A DNA stretch of 64,000 nt from Candidatus Uhrbacteria bacterium RIFOXYC2_FULL_47_19 (GCA_001791745.1 MGFG01000010.1:3351-67350); one strand, 5' to 3'; positions 18,960 through 27,813 are shown, counted from the stretch's first letter. Numbers and translations are program-made. The notes: generated by a model not told the origin, from the sequence alone.

Positions 18960-20099
18960 TTATGGTGTCGGCATTTGACCTAACACCACCTCTACCTCTC
19001 TAGTTTCCGAACCACGTTCGACCGAAATGGTAACCGTGTCACGAGGAGAGTATTCAGTGAGTAGCTCCGGCAATGAACGATTGGCAGTCACTGATTCACC
19101 ATTAATCGCCAGCACTGTATCCCCTTCTCTTAATCCTGATTTGGCTGCTGGACTCTGTCGTACAATAGCTGGCAGTGAACCATATGAACTAAGTAAGGCG
19201 CCACGACCGGCGGTACCACGTCCTGGCTGCTCAGACAAATCAATAAAACGCACTCCTAAATACGGTCTAACTACCGATCCATCACGCAATACACCTGAGA
19301 TCTGTCTAGAAAAAGCACTAAACGGAACGACCTGCATTCCCGGCTCCGAACCACCAATATAGATACCAGTTACTTCGCCGCTCGTACCGAAAACTACACC
19401 ACCCGGCAAAAATCCTTCGGTCCCAGCCAAGAATACAACCTTTTGCATCTTCTCAGACGAACGACGCACTGCTGATGCGTCGAGGGCTGGAACATTACCC
19501 CAGGCAGTAACAACCGCAGTTCTCAGTCCACCCAAAGAATCGAAAGCCACGACCGAGTCACCAACCTTTAGATCATCGGACTTATTACCCAACGAGACGA
19601 CTGGTAATCCGGTACCAGCTACTTTAATAAAGGCCGCACCAGAAAACGAATCAACTGTAGCTCGTTCGACTGCATATGTCCGACCACCAATCACAGCTGT
19701 TAATCCACGTCCGGTTGATGATCCAGCCAGGTCCAACACTGAACTATGGGTTAACAACCAACCATCAGAAGTCAGTACTGCTCCACCACCAATTGCGTCT
19801 ACAGGCAAAATCACGTCCTTAAGATCGGAGCTGCGATACAACAATGCAGTTGGTCCAGCTAGTCCGCGCACCACCATATCCGAAGAAAGCCGGGCTCGTA
19901 TAACGACAGGTTCAATTGGGACACCAAAACCTGACAAACTAGAACCAGTGACTGCTGGTAAATAAGCCAAGGTCATCAACATACCGACTGCACCGGACGC
20001 CAGCCCAAAAATAGCTCCAAAAATAACCGTTGAGATCAATCCATTACGCCCAATCGTCTTCTCTTGTTTGTCTTTACGCCTGAAGTTCATGAAGCTCAT
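18960..20099 (-). CDS. HtrA/S1C-like protein with PDZ domain, degenerate active site
   Basis: GGAVLTSDGWLLT, RPYLGV and SPAAKSGLREGD motifs; catalytic triad residues appear substituted. Confidence 0.85.
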   Translation of the reverse strand: MSFMNFRRKDKQEKTIGRNGLISTVIFGAIFGLASGAVGMLMTLAYLPAVTGSSLSGFGVPIEPVVIRARLSSDMVVRGLAGPTALLYRSSDLKDVILPVDAIGGGAVLTSDGWLLTHSSVLDLAGSSTGRGLTAVIGGRTYAVERATVDSFSGAAFIKVAGTGLPVVSLGNKSDDLKVGDSVVAFDSLGGLRTAVVTAWGNVPALDASAVRRSSEKMQKVVFLAGTEGFLPGGVVFGTSGEVTGIYIGGSEPGMQVVPFSAFSRQISGVLRDGSVVRPYLGVRFIDLSEQPGRGTAGRGALLSSYGSLPAIVRQSPAAKSGLREGDTVLAINGESVTANRSLPELLTEYSPRDTVTISVERGSETREVEVVLGQMPTP

Positions 20100-20114
20100 A
20101 TTGTTTGTTCAAAC

Positions 20115-20975
20115 TTACAACCAACGAGCCGTAGCTAGTACTAACACCACCAATACTGCTGCGGCAGTCAATCCAAATTTTAGACCTCGAGTTCCGACAT
20201 CACCCGACAATATACGCACGGCCGATCGACCAATTGCGAAACAGATAATCATTAATACAGTCGCATTGACTAAAAAAGGAGTTGGTAAAAATGAGAGACC
20301 AATATAAGTCTCGATACCCAGAGCAGTCAAGGCGACTGTAGCTCGAACTATTAGTGCACGATCAGCACCAGATTGTTGCAATGCCTCGTATTGAACAATC
20401 GAAAGCAAACCACCAAAGATAATCGCCGAAACAACCACCGGTAAACTAATAAATCGCCCAATACCGAACAAAAATACTGTGGCAAAAAAAACTCCAAGCA
20501 GGTTCATTAGTCGCCCAAGACGCACAGTTCTGTTGGCACCACGAAGGGGATCCAGTGCATCTGACGAATCAAGACGCATGACAAAAACCAGCAAAGCCAA
20601 CATGATCACTGTAACAGAAACAAACCGTGCTAACACCGAACCAAGTAACGAGTAGAACAAAAAACTACCAGCCACAAAAACAGTCGGCGACAATATCACT
20701 CGCCAGCGGGCTACACCAGGAGGCAATCTGACTGGAGATAGTAAAATCATTAATAAGGTCAGAGTAACGGACACCAGAAAGACCAACACAAAAATAAATG
20801 AACGCCAGGTCTCTGGTAAAACCGGAATAACTGACGAGATATAGAATAGTGTGCCGACCACGAACGGCAGTGCTCCCAAAAGAAGCCAACGCTTAGTTAG
20901 CGAACTAACTACGACTACCGAACTTTTTAGGTCCAGACGTTCCATAAGCGGACAGGAGACGGGAATCGCACTCAA
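20115..20975 (-). CDS. Polytopic membrane protein
   Basis: About 9-10 hydrophobic helices; coupled to neighbouring genes. Confidence 0.7.
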   Translation of the reverse strand: MSAIPVSCPLMERLDLKSSVVVVSSLTKRWLLLGALPFVVGTLFYISSVIPVLPETWRSFIFVLVFLVSVTLTLLMILLSPVRLPPGVARWRVILSPTVFVAGSFLFYSLLGSVLARFVSVTVIMLALLVFVMRLDSSDALDPLRGANRTVRLGRLMNLLGVFFATVFLFGIGRFISLPVVVSAIIFGGLLSIVQYEALQQSGADRALIVRATVALTALGIETYIGLSFLPTPFLVNATVLMIICFAIGRSAVRILSGDVGTRGLKFGLTAAAVLVVLVLATARWL

Positions 20976-21700
20976 TGCCCGGAGACGAGCGAAACCTTGA
21001 TCTTGTCGCCCACGACGACGATCGACCGCAGTTCACCGTTCTCACCCAAGCCCTGCTCGATCGCCCTGTTGAGGCTGGCGTTGACTGACTTGATCATCAA
21101 ATTGGCAACGGCATCGGGAACCGACAGAGAGCCGACGGTCAGATCTTCGGCCTTGAGCCAGACCAGTCCGCCGACGACTGCCGGACGGAGACGGATCGAC
21201 AGCGGCACGCTGTTGTAATCCTCCCCGGTCAGGGCATAAACGTTGATGAGGCCGTCACCGAAAGAGGTCTGGACTGACTTGATCGGCAGCGGCAGATTTG
21301 AGACCTCGCTTTCCGACAGGATCACACCGGACAACAAAGTAGTCAATTCCTGCTCGGAGATAGTCATGTCCAGTGTTTCGGTAGTGGAATTGAAAGACGT
21401 CCTAGCAGCCACAATCGACATAATATCGTTCGGATCGGTCCCAGTTAAAGGCAGTACAATCCTTTCAGGTAAATCAGGATGATATAGCCAATCTGATAGG
21501 AGGGGCACCTTTACTAGACCACTTCTAGCCGCCATAGTCGTCAACCCCAAAATAGGAACAAGTAACAAAATAACAAACACTACCAAATAAATAGTGATCG
21601 CCTTTAGTGCTCGTCGCCAACTCTCATGTGAGAGTTCTGCTTTTATCTCTCGTTTTAGTTCGTCACGATTGACATACTGACGACCATCTTCTTTGATCAT
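20972..21700 (-). CDS. Membrane-anchored hypothetical protein
   Basis: Single TM; ISEQELT motif; ATGA overlaps. Confidence 0.7.
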   Translation of the reverse strand: MIKEDGRQYVNRDELKREIKAELSHESWRRALKAITIYLVVFVILLLVPILGLTTMAARSGLVKVPLLSDWLYHPDLPERIVLPLTGTDPNDIMSIVAARTSFNSTTETLDMTISEQELTTLLSGVILSESEVSNLPLPIKSVQTSFGDGLINVYALTGEDYNSVPLSIRLRPAVVGGLVWLKAEDLTVGSLSVPDAVANLMIKSVNASLNRAIEQGLGENGELRSIVVVGDKIKVSLVSGH

Positions 21701-22170
21701 AGTCTGTTACTTTCGGTCAGCCATGAAAAACGAATAGACAGATCCGAAGTCTGTCGGCGTAATGATTCAACATCCTCGCTACTATCTTCATCCGGACTAA
21801 TCATCTGTCTCCAACGATCAATCAAAGTCACGAATGATAAGTGAGCATCACGTTCTGAACCGGGAACACGCATACGCAATAAACGCTCTTGAATCGTGTC
21901 CACCAATGTCAGCATTGATTCACTAACCTGATCAGATAGATTACCTTCCTCCAGGACACTAACTTGATCTAGAAACGGAACCATAACTAGACGTGCTTCA
22001 GCCCGATAACCCTCAACTGTTGGTGCTTCCTCCTCGACTAAGGTCTCATTTTGTAAGACTTCGGACCGATAAGCTGTCCAAGCAGCGAAGCCAAAACCAG
22101 CCACTATAACGGCAGCAAAAATTCCGAGGACTAAAAATTCACTAAAAATATGATGTTTTTTATGTTCCAT
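21697..22170 (-). CDS. Membrane-anchored hypothetical protein
   Basis: Start MEHKKHH just downstream of a TTGACC-18bp-TATACT promoter; one TM. Confidence 0.7.
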   Translation of the reverse strand: MEHKKHHIFSEFLVLGIFAAVIVAGFGFAAWTAYRSEVLQNETLVEEEAPTVEGYRAEARLVMVPFLDQVSVLEEGNLSDQVSESMLTLVDTIQERLLRMRVPGSERDAHLSFVTLIDRWRQMISPDEDSSEDVESLRRQTSDLSIRFSWLTESNRL

Positions 22171-22290
22171 ACAGCACTGAGTATAGCAACGCTTAAAGGT
22201 CGCGGTCAATCGTCTTCATATAGGGTAAATCTTAGCTTTTGGCTCTCTAAAGTTATTGCGCGGATCAAATCAGAATTTGATGTTGTTGTT

Positions 22291-22500
22291 TGGAATTCTT
22301 CTCTTTCAGACTCCTTTCTTTAATCCGGGGGACTTCCGGTCCCCCAGGACCCCGACCTTGTTTCTCTGTCCCGCGCGGCACGGGTCGGCCCGCTCCGGTG
22401 GCGGTCCGCCCTAACTCTCGGCGTCCGGCCCTCGCCTACCGGCTCGGGACCCAGCCCGGACGTCTCCGAGATTGCCGCGGGAGGTATGCGCCGTGGAGAT
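22291..22500. repeat. GC-rich end module, copy 2
   Basis: Same ordered blocks as 14196-14445. Confidence 0.75.
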
Positions 22501-22506
22501 CGGATC

Positions 22507-22812
22507 GTGGATCCCGGGTCTCGGCCCGGGATGACATATTAAAGCAATGTCGTCCCGGAACTGCGAACTGAACATTATTCCTTTTGTCGTCCCGGAACTG
22601 TGAGCGTAGCGAGCAGTATCCGGGACCCAGGAGTAAAGAGATCGGAATTGGTTTCTGGATCCCGGATAATTGCTGACGCAATTTCCGGGATGACATATTA
22701 AAAAGGCTTAAGGTTTCAAGATGACAAAATAAAAAGTAAGGATGACAAATACGTAAGAAGGATTGAGATAACAAAAAACACTGTCGTCCCGGACTTGATC
22801 CGGGACCCAGGA
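22507..22812. repeat. REP-like palindrome array E
   Basis: Near-colinear with 14443-14800. Confidence 0.92.
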
Positions 22813-22880
22813 GCAGAAAAAGAAAAACACCGCATAAGAGCGGTGTGGAGGTGTTGTGAGGTTTTAAGAAAAAAGCCTGA

Positions 22881-23567
22881 TTAGGCCACTAGGATCAAAG
22901 GAACATCTGGTTGGTTCTTCAGCCAGGCGACGGGCGGCGTAACGGCCGAAAGGCGAACTAACGGAGCCAGTCTAGCTGCCTCATCCTTCTTCCCGATCAG
23001 AACGAAGCTGAGATAGAAGAACAGGCTGGCCCAGAGGCTGGCTCTGAGGCTGACCCTGAGGCTGTCCTCAAGACTGTCCCCAAGACTGCCCGAGAGGCTG
23101 ACCCTGAGGCTTTCCCAGAGGTTGTCCGAGAGGCTGACCCTGAGGATGCCTGAGAGACTGTCCCTGAGGCTTTCCCAGAGGTTGTTCCCGAGGCTGCCCC
23201 CGAGACTGCTCCAGAGGCTGAGCCCGAGGCTGTCCCAGAGGCTACCCCCAAGGCTGCCCGAGAGGCTGTCCAGATAGGCAGCTTCGGACATCCACTCTGG
23301 CCTTTTGAAGGGCTCGGAGACTGAGAGCAGCTCTACTTCCTTCACCTCACGACCGGTGGCCAAGGCTATGGCCCGAACAATAGCTTCTCTGTTCACCTCA
23401 TCCGCCGGAGTGAACTGGAACTGTTCACGTTCGGCTTGGATGAACAGACCCCCGATGGTCTCCATGGCTTTATCGATTTCGGCCTCGGTGACACCGTTGT
23501 GTTTCTCCTCTAAAAGAAAAGACTTCAGACCCTCACGGTCGACGACCGGCTTGTCTTCTTGTCCCAT
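22881..23567 (-). CDS. GC-rich orphan protein with tetrapeptide SLxx repeats
   Basis: About 20 units such as SLWD/SLGG/SLRV/NLWE (12-nt period); SD CAGAAGGAG. Confidence 0.8.
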   Translation of the reverse strand: MGQEDKPVVDREGLKSFLLEEKHNGVTEAEIDKAMETIGGLFIQAEREQFQFTPADEVNREAIVRAIALATGREVKEVELLSVSEPFKRPEWMSEAAYLDSLSGSLGGSLWDSLGLSLWSSLGGSLGNNLWESLRDSLSGILRVSLSDNLWESLRVSLSGSLGDSLEDSLRVSLRASLWASLFFYLSFVLIGKKDEAARLAPLVRLSAVTPPVAWLKNQPDVPLILVA

Positions 23568-23608
23568 TTTTTAACTCCTTCTGTCCGACCCAATGGCCGT
23601 GACGAAGC

Positions 23609-23637
23609 AACTTAACATGATGAGATAGTGAGGTCAA
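23609..23637 (-). promoter_or_regulatory. Shared cargo promoter 2
   Basis: TTGACC-17bp-TAAGTT in context TGTTAAGTTG. Confidence 0.75.
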
Positions 23638-23652
23638 AGATTGATGTAGATT

Positions 23653-24026
23653 CTGGATCCCGGATAGACCTCGCTCCGCTCGGCCTTCCGGGATGACAAA
23701 ATAAAAAGGCTCGAGGTTTCAAGATGACATATTAAAAAGTGAGGATGACAAATTAAGAAAGGTTGCGGTTTCGGGATGACAAATTAAAAAGTAAGGATGA
23801 CAAATTAAGAAAGGTTGCGGTTTCGAGATGACAAATAAAACACTGTCGTCCCGGGCCGAGACCCGGGACCCAGGAGTAAAATCGATCGGCTTCTGGATCC
23901 CGGATAGACCTCGCCTTGCTCGGTCTTCCGGGATGACATATTAAAAAGGCTTAAGGTTTCAAGATGACAAAATAAAAAGTAAGGATGACAGATAAAAATA
24001 GAAAGGTTTGCAATTTCGAGATGACA
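23653..24026. repeat. REP-like palindrome array F
   Basis: Three full REPs plus many GATGACA-A-rich half units. Confidence 0.92.
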
Positions 24027-24083
24027 AATAAAATGAACCAAAACCACCTCCCGCAATCCCAGTTTAGCTGGGATCTCAGGAGG

Positions 24084-24475
24084 TGGTGGAGATGGGGAGA
24101 TTTGAACTCCCGTCTGGTGAGTCGCTCCACGATACTTCTACCGATGTATTCCGTCTTGGTGTTTCGGGGTGGTGATGTTAGACGAACCAAACCCACCATC
24201 CCTATTTCCGTGCCAGGTCGGACCGCGCTACGGAAAGAGGCGCGGACCCAATCCGATATATGACACCCGGATCCCAACTATCGGACGTCGTTGGGTCGGA
24301 TGGGCATTCGGTTAAGCGAACGCCGAAGCGGTAACGGGCGAGAAAGCCGAAGCCATCGCGCTCTTCACCTTGCTGACAAAATTGGCGTGTATGTCATTGC
24401 CCTGAGATTTACGAGGTGCAGGCGCCCTCGACCGGCATATCGCGAAAGGATCTCCCATCGATCCCTGTCATCCCC
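24084..24475 (-). ncRNA. ssrA: tmRNA
   Basis: 5' GGGGATG pairs with 3' CATCTCC-ACCA (G3:U wobble); T-arm GGGAGTTCAAATCTCCC; tag frame 24386-24312; next to smpB. Confidence 0.95.
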
Positions 24476-24554
24476 CACCAACCGGGCAATATCTGCTCGA
24501 CTGATGACGAAGGACAGATTCTTTGATCATCAACACCGAAACACGATCTAATTT

Positions 24555-24998
24555 TTACTCTCTAAGATCCCTTTGTACGTCCCTAGCAATGTCCCGTTGC
24601 TTCTTCTGTTCCTTCTTCTCGTACTCCTTTCTGCCGCGTGCTAAACCGAACTTCAGCTTGATCATAGAACCCTTAGTATAGACAGAAATCGGCACCAAAG
24701 TCAAGCCTTTAACCTTCATTTTTCCCGCCAATTTAGCGATTTCTCGTTTGTGAATCAGCAACTTTCGAGTGCGCTTAGGATCGAAGTCTTTCAACTTACC
24801 AGCCTTGGGGTACAGCGGAATATGAGCATTTATCAGACGGGCTTCACCACTCGCAATAGTGATATAGGAACCAGTTAGCTTCATTTGCCCATCCCGAATC
24901 GATTTAACTTCGTGTCCAGACAACACTAAACCAACTTCGATTTCATCGATAACTTGAAAATCGCGTAGCGAACGTCGGTTGTCGGCTAGAGTTGGCAT
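24555..24998 (-). CDS. smpB: SsrA-binding protein
   Basis: GLVLSGHEVKSIR, RTRKLLIHKREI, GRKEYEKK. Confidence 0.97.
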   Translation of the reverse strand: MPTLADNRRSLRDFQVIDEIEVGLVLSGHEVKSIRDGQMKLTGSYITIASGEARLINAHIPLYPKAGKLKDFDPKRTRKLLIHKREIAKLAGKMKVKGLTLVPISVYTKGSMIKLKFGLARGRKEYEKKEQKKQRDIARDVQRDLRE

Positions 24999-25174
24999 GA
25001 GTTCAGCTCTTAATACCGATGATTATCAACTTTTTAAGCAAATAAGGCAATAATCGACCTCAAACGACCAGTTAGCGCAGCCCAACCAGAAAACAAACCA
25101 TTCAGCCATCCAAAGCTTTACAAAATCACCGTAAACCCTTATCCTTTGCCCAGTAATTCATTATCTATACAGCC

Positions 25175-25729
25175 TTGAGGATCTCGAGAAAAAAAAGAAG
25201 GCCGCAACAACAGCAACGGGTCATCTATCCAGTCAACGAAAGAATTCGTGAACCAGAGCTACGAGTCATTGTCGATGACACTGGTGAACACTTGGGTATT
25301 TTAAAGACGCCTGACGCACTAACTGCGGCCAAGGAACTCAAATTGGATCTAGTTGTTGTTCAGCCTAAGACTGAACCACCGATTGCCAAGATCATCGACT
25401 TCGGTCGTTACAAGTACGAAAAAGAGAAAGAAGCGAAAGCTCAGAGGACCAATGCCAAGACGGTCGAGGTCAAAGGAGTGCGTCTATCTACTCGTATCGG
25501 CGACCATGACCTGAATGTACGCAAAGATCAGGCCAAAAAGTTTATGGAAAAAGGTAACAAGGTCAAAGTTGAGATTATCCTACGTGGTCGCGAAAAACGC
25601 CATGGTGATGTAGCAGCCCAAGTCATTCAACGATTTATGACCGAGCTTAATCTCGAGGTTCCAATCAAGATCGAGCAACCGGTCACACGCCAAGGCGGAC
25701 AGTTGACAAGCATCATTGCTAAGGCGTAA
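25175..25729 (+). CDS. infC: Translation initiation factor IF-3
   Basis: VNERIR, PPIAKIIDFGRYKYE, IGDHDL; non-ATG start (TTG, or in-frame ATT at 25160). Confidence 0.97.
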   Translation: MRISRKKRRPQQQQRVIYPVNERIREPELRVIVDDTGEHLGILKTPDALTAAKELKLDLVVVQPKTEPPIAKIIDFGRYKYEKEKEAKAQRTNAKTVEVKGVRLSTRIGDHDLNVRKDQAKKFMEKGNKVKVEIILRGREKRHGDVAAQVIQRFMTELNLEVPIKIEQPVTRQGGQLTSIIAKA

Positions 25730-25763
25730 GCTAGCGAACGCCTGGTGAAGACTTATACCACTT

Positions 25764-25949
25764 ATGAAGACACATAAAGCACTGTCCAAACGGTTCGGCG
25801 TCACCCGTACGGGTAAGGTCCTAAAGAGGACCGCCGGCCAGGACCACTTCAATTCCCGCGAAAGCGGCAAGGTTACACGCGGCAAACGCCGGGACCGACA
25901 AATATCGGATTCCTTCGTGAAGACCATAAGGCAGTTGATCCAGAAGTAA
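25764..25949 (+). CDS. rpmI: 50S ribosomal protein L35
   Basis: MKTHKALSKRFGVTRTGK; infC-rpmI-rplT order. Confidence 0.95.
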   Translation: MKTHKALSKRFGVTRTGKVLKRTAGQDHFNSRESGKVTRGKRRDRQISDSFVKTIRQLIQK

Positions 25950-25950
25950 T

Positions 25951-26298
25951 ATGCCGAGGGTAAAAAGAGGCACAATTCATTTGAAGCGACGTAAAGCCAT
26001 CCTCGAGAAGACCAAGGGCTTCATGTGGGGACGGAAGAGTAAGCTCAAGCTCGCCCAGACTGCCGCAGTCAAGGCTGGTGTTTACGCCTACCGCGACCGA
26101 CGAAACAAGAAACGGGTCATGCGTCGACTCTGGCAAATCAAGCTCAATGCCGCCGCTCGATTGCATGGTCTGTCCTACAGCCGTTTAATCGACGCTTTGA
26201 AAAAGGCTGGTGTGACACTTGATCGTCAAGTTATGTCCAAGATAGCAGCCGAACGACCCAATACTTTCAAGGCTATCGTGGATGCGGTCAAAAAGTAG
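25951..26298 (+). CDS. rplT: 50S ribosomal protein L20
   Basis: MPRVKRG, YAYRDRRNKKR, LSYSRLI. Confidence 0.98.
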   Translation: MPRVKRGTIHLKRRKAILEKTKGFMWGRKSKLKLAQTAAVKAGVYAYRDRRNKKRVMRRLWQIKLNAAARLHGLSYSRLIDALKKAGVTLDRQVMSKIAAERPNTFKAIVDAVKK

Positions 26299-26333
26299 GA
26301 AAGCTTGGCGAACTAGAATAATCGCTAGCTAAG

Positions 26334-26358
26334 GCGCACTCCAATGGGGTGCGTTTTG
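26334..26358 (+). terminator. Terminator after rplT
   Basis: GCGCACTCC-aat-GGGGTGCGTTTT. Confidence 0.65.
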
Positions 26359-26404
26359 GGTTTAAAGTTTAATTAAGATTGCGGAGCCTTATTTGGGCTA
26401 GGAC

Positions 26405-26433
26405 TTGACAGATTAAACTGAAAGTGTTAAGTT
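26405..26433 (+). promoter_or_regulatory. Shared cargo promoter 3
   Basis: TTGACA-17bp-TAAGTT in context TGTTAAGTTG. Confidence 0.75.
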
Positions 26434-26479
26434 GGCCTGTCATGCGCTTAAGTAGCGCCACTGACAGAAGGAGGAAGAG

Positions 26480-27082
26480 ATGAAGAAGGTACTGTTTTGG
26501 GCCGGAATCGGCCTGGTCGCGTTCGCTGTCCTGGTGGTGGTCGTTGGACTGGTCCGACGACCTCCGCGGTCGCGTGGCGACAATCAGGTCGCTCAGGCGG
26601 CCGAAGCGGAACCCGCGGCCGAACCGTCGGCCCCGGCCACCGACGACGAGAGCTCGGCCGACCCAGCCACCGACGACGAGAGCTCGGCCGACCCAGCCAC
26701 CGACGACGAGAGCCCGACCGACCCGGCCCCCGCCGACGACAGCTCGGCCGAAGCGGAACCCGCGGCCGGAAACATCCTAGGGCAAACCGAGACCTCAATT
26801 ACCATATCCGGTATCGAGGTCGAGGGACAGGGTAATGCCTCGATATCCATCGAAGGCAATACCTTGGTGACGAACTCACCTTCTCGGGTGACGTTCGTCC
26901 AACCGGCTCCAGGCACGGAGCCGGCCAATGGAACCGCGGTCGTCGACCGCGGCGCCCCGCTCTCCAGAATCGTGATCGACCGGTCGGGTCAGCCGACCAC
27001 GGTCACTATGGAGAACGGCCGGCTGGTCCGACGGGGACCAGCCCACGTCACCTTCGAGGTGGCGTCCGCATCGCCGCAATAG
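26480..27082 (+). CDS. GC-rich orphan membrane-anchored protein with acidic tandem repeats
   Basis: N-terminal TM; 30-bp tandem repeats (ATDDESSADP) bracketed by duplicated AEAEPAA; SD AGAAGGAGG. Confidence 0.8.
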   Translation: MKKVLFWAGIGLVAFAVLVVVVGLVRRPPRSRGDNQVAQAAEAEPAAEPSAPATDDESSADPATDDESSADPATDDESPTDPAPADDSSAEAEPAAGNILGQTETSITISGIEVEGQGNASISIEGNTLVTNSPSRVTFVQPAPGTEPANGTAVVDRGAPLSRIVIDRSGQPTTVTMENGRLVRRGPAHVTFEVASASPQ

Positions 27083-27142
27083 CGGTGCACAGCCGGAAGA
27101 AGCGCTGCCGCAATGGCGGCGCACGAACAAAAGACTTAGAAA

Positions 27143-27173
27143 ACCCCGAGGCTAGCCTCGGGGTTCCTTTTTT
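27143..27173 (+). terminator. Intrinsic terminator
   Basis: AACCCCGAGG-ctag-CCTCGGGGTT then CCTTTTTT. Confidence 0.8.
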
Positions 27174-27260
27174 CTACAATCAAAAAGCTGCCCAAACCGC
27201 CCACCTCCCCGGGACTTGAACTTTATTCCGGCTTCGTCTATATTGTCCTTGCTGTTAAAT

Positions 27261-27338
27261 GGACCGGTGGTGTAGCCCGGTTAACACGTCTCCCTGTCAC
27301 GGAGAAGATCGAGGGTTCGAATCCCTTCCGGTCCGCCA
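27261..27338 (+). tRNA. tRNA-Asp(GTC)
   Basis: Cloverleaf; anticodon arm TCTCC-CT-GTC-AC-GGAGA; TTCGAAT loop; encoded CCA. Confidence 0.96.
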
Positions 27339-27383
27339 GGCAAAAGCGCGCCCAACGGCGCGTTTTTGCGTTTATTCAATCTA

Positions 27384-27795
27384 TGTCATCCCGGAACCGC
27401 ACTCCTTCTCAATTTGTCATCCCTGAACCGCACTCCTTCTCAATTTGTCATCCCGGAAGACCGAGCGAAGCGAGGTCTATCCGGGATCCAGAAGCAGGCC
27501 AGTCTTTACCTGGATCCCGGGTCTCCGCCCGGGACGACAGGGAGAAGGAAGGCTAACTCACAAAAAGCACTTGTCGTACCTCATTCAATTCATGTCATTC
27601 CGAAACCGCACTCCTTCTCTAATATGTCATCCCGGAAGACCGAGCGAGGCGAGGTCTATCCGGGATCCAGAAGCAGACTGGTCTTTACCTGGGTCCCGGG
27701 TCTCCGCCCGGGACGACAAGAGAGGGTTGGATCCCGACTCAGAAGCCGGGACGACAAGAGAGGGTTGGATCCCGACTCAGAAGCCGGGACGGCAA
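27384..27795. repeat. REP-like palindrome array G
   Basis: Two head-to-head REP pairs, TGTCAT half units, and a 39-bp tandem variant TGGATCCCGACTCAGAAGCCGGGACGACA. Confidence 0.92.
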
Positions 27796-27813
27796 GAAAA
27801 ATTTGAATCCCAA

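Noticed and set aside
23030..23275. Possible DGR variable region
   Set aside because: No template repeat, adenine-specific pattern or reverse transcriptase in the window.
24466..24475. tmRNA 5' end GGGATGACA equals the REP tag end
   Set aside because: Only 9 nt and constrained by the acceptor stem; probably chance.
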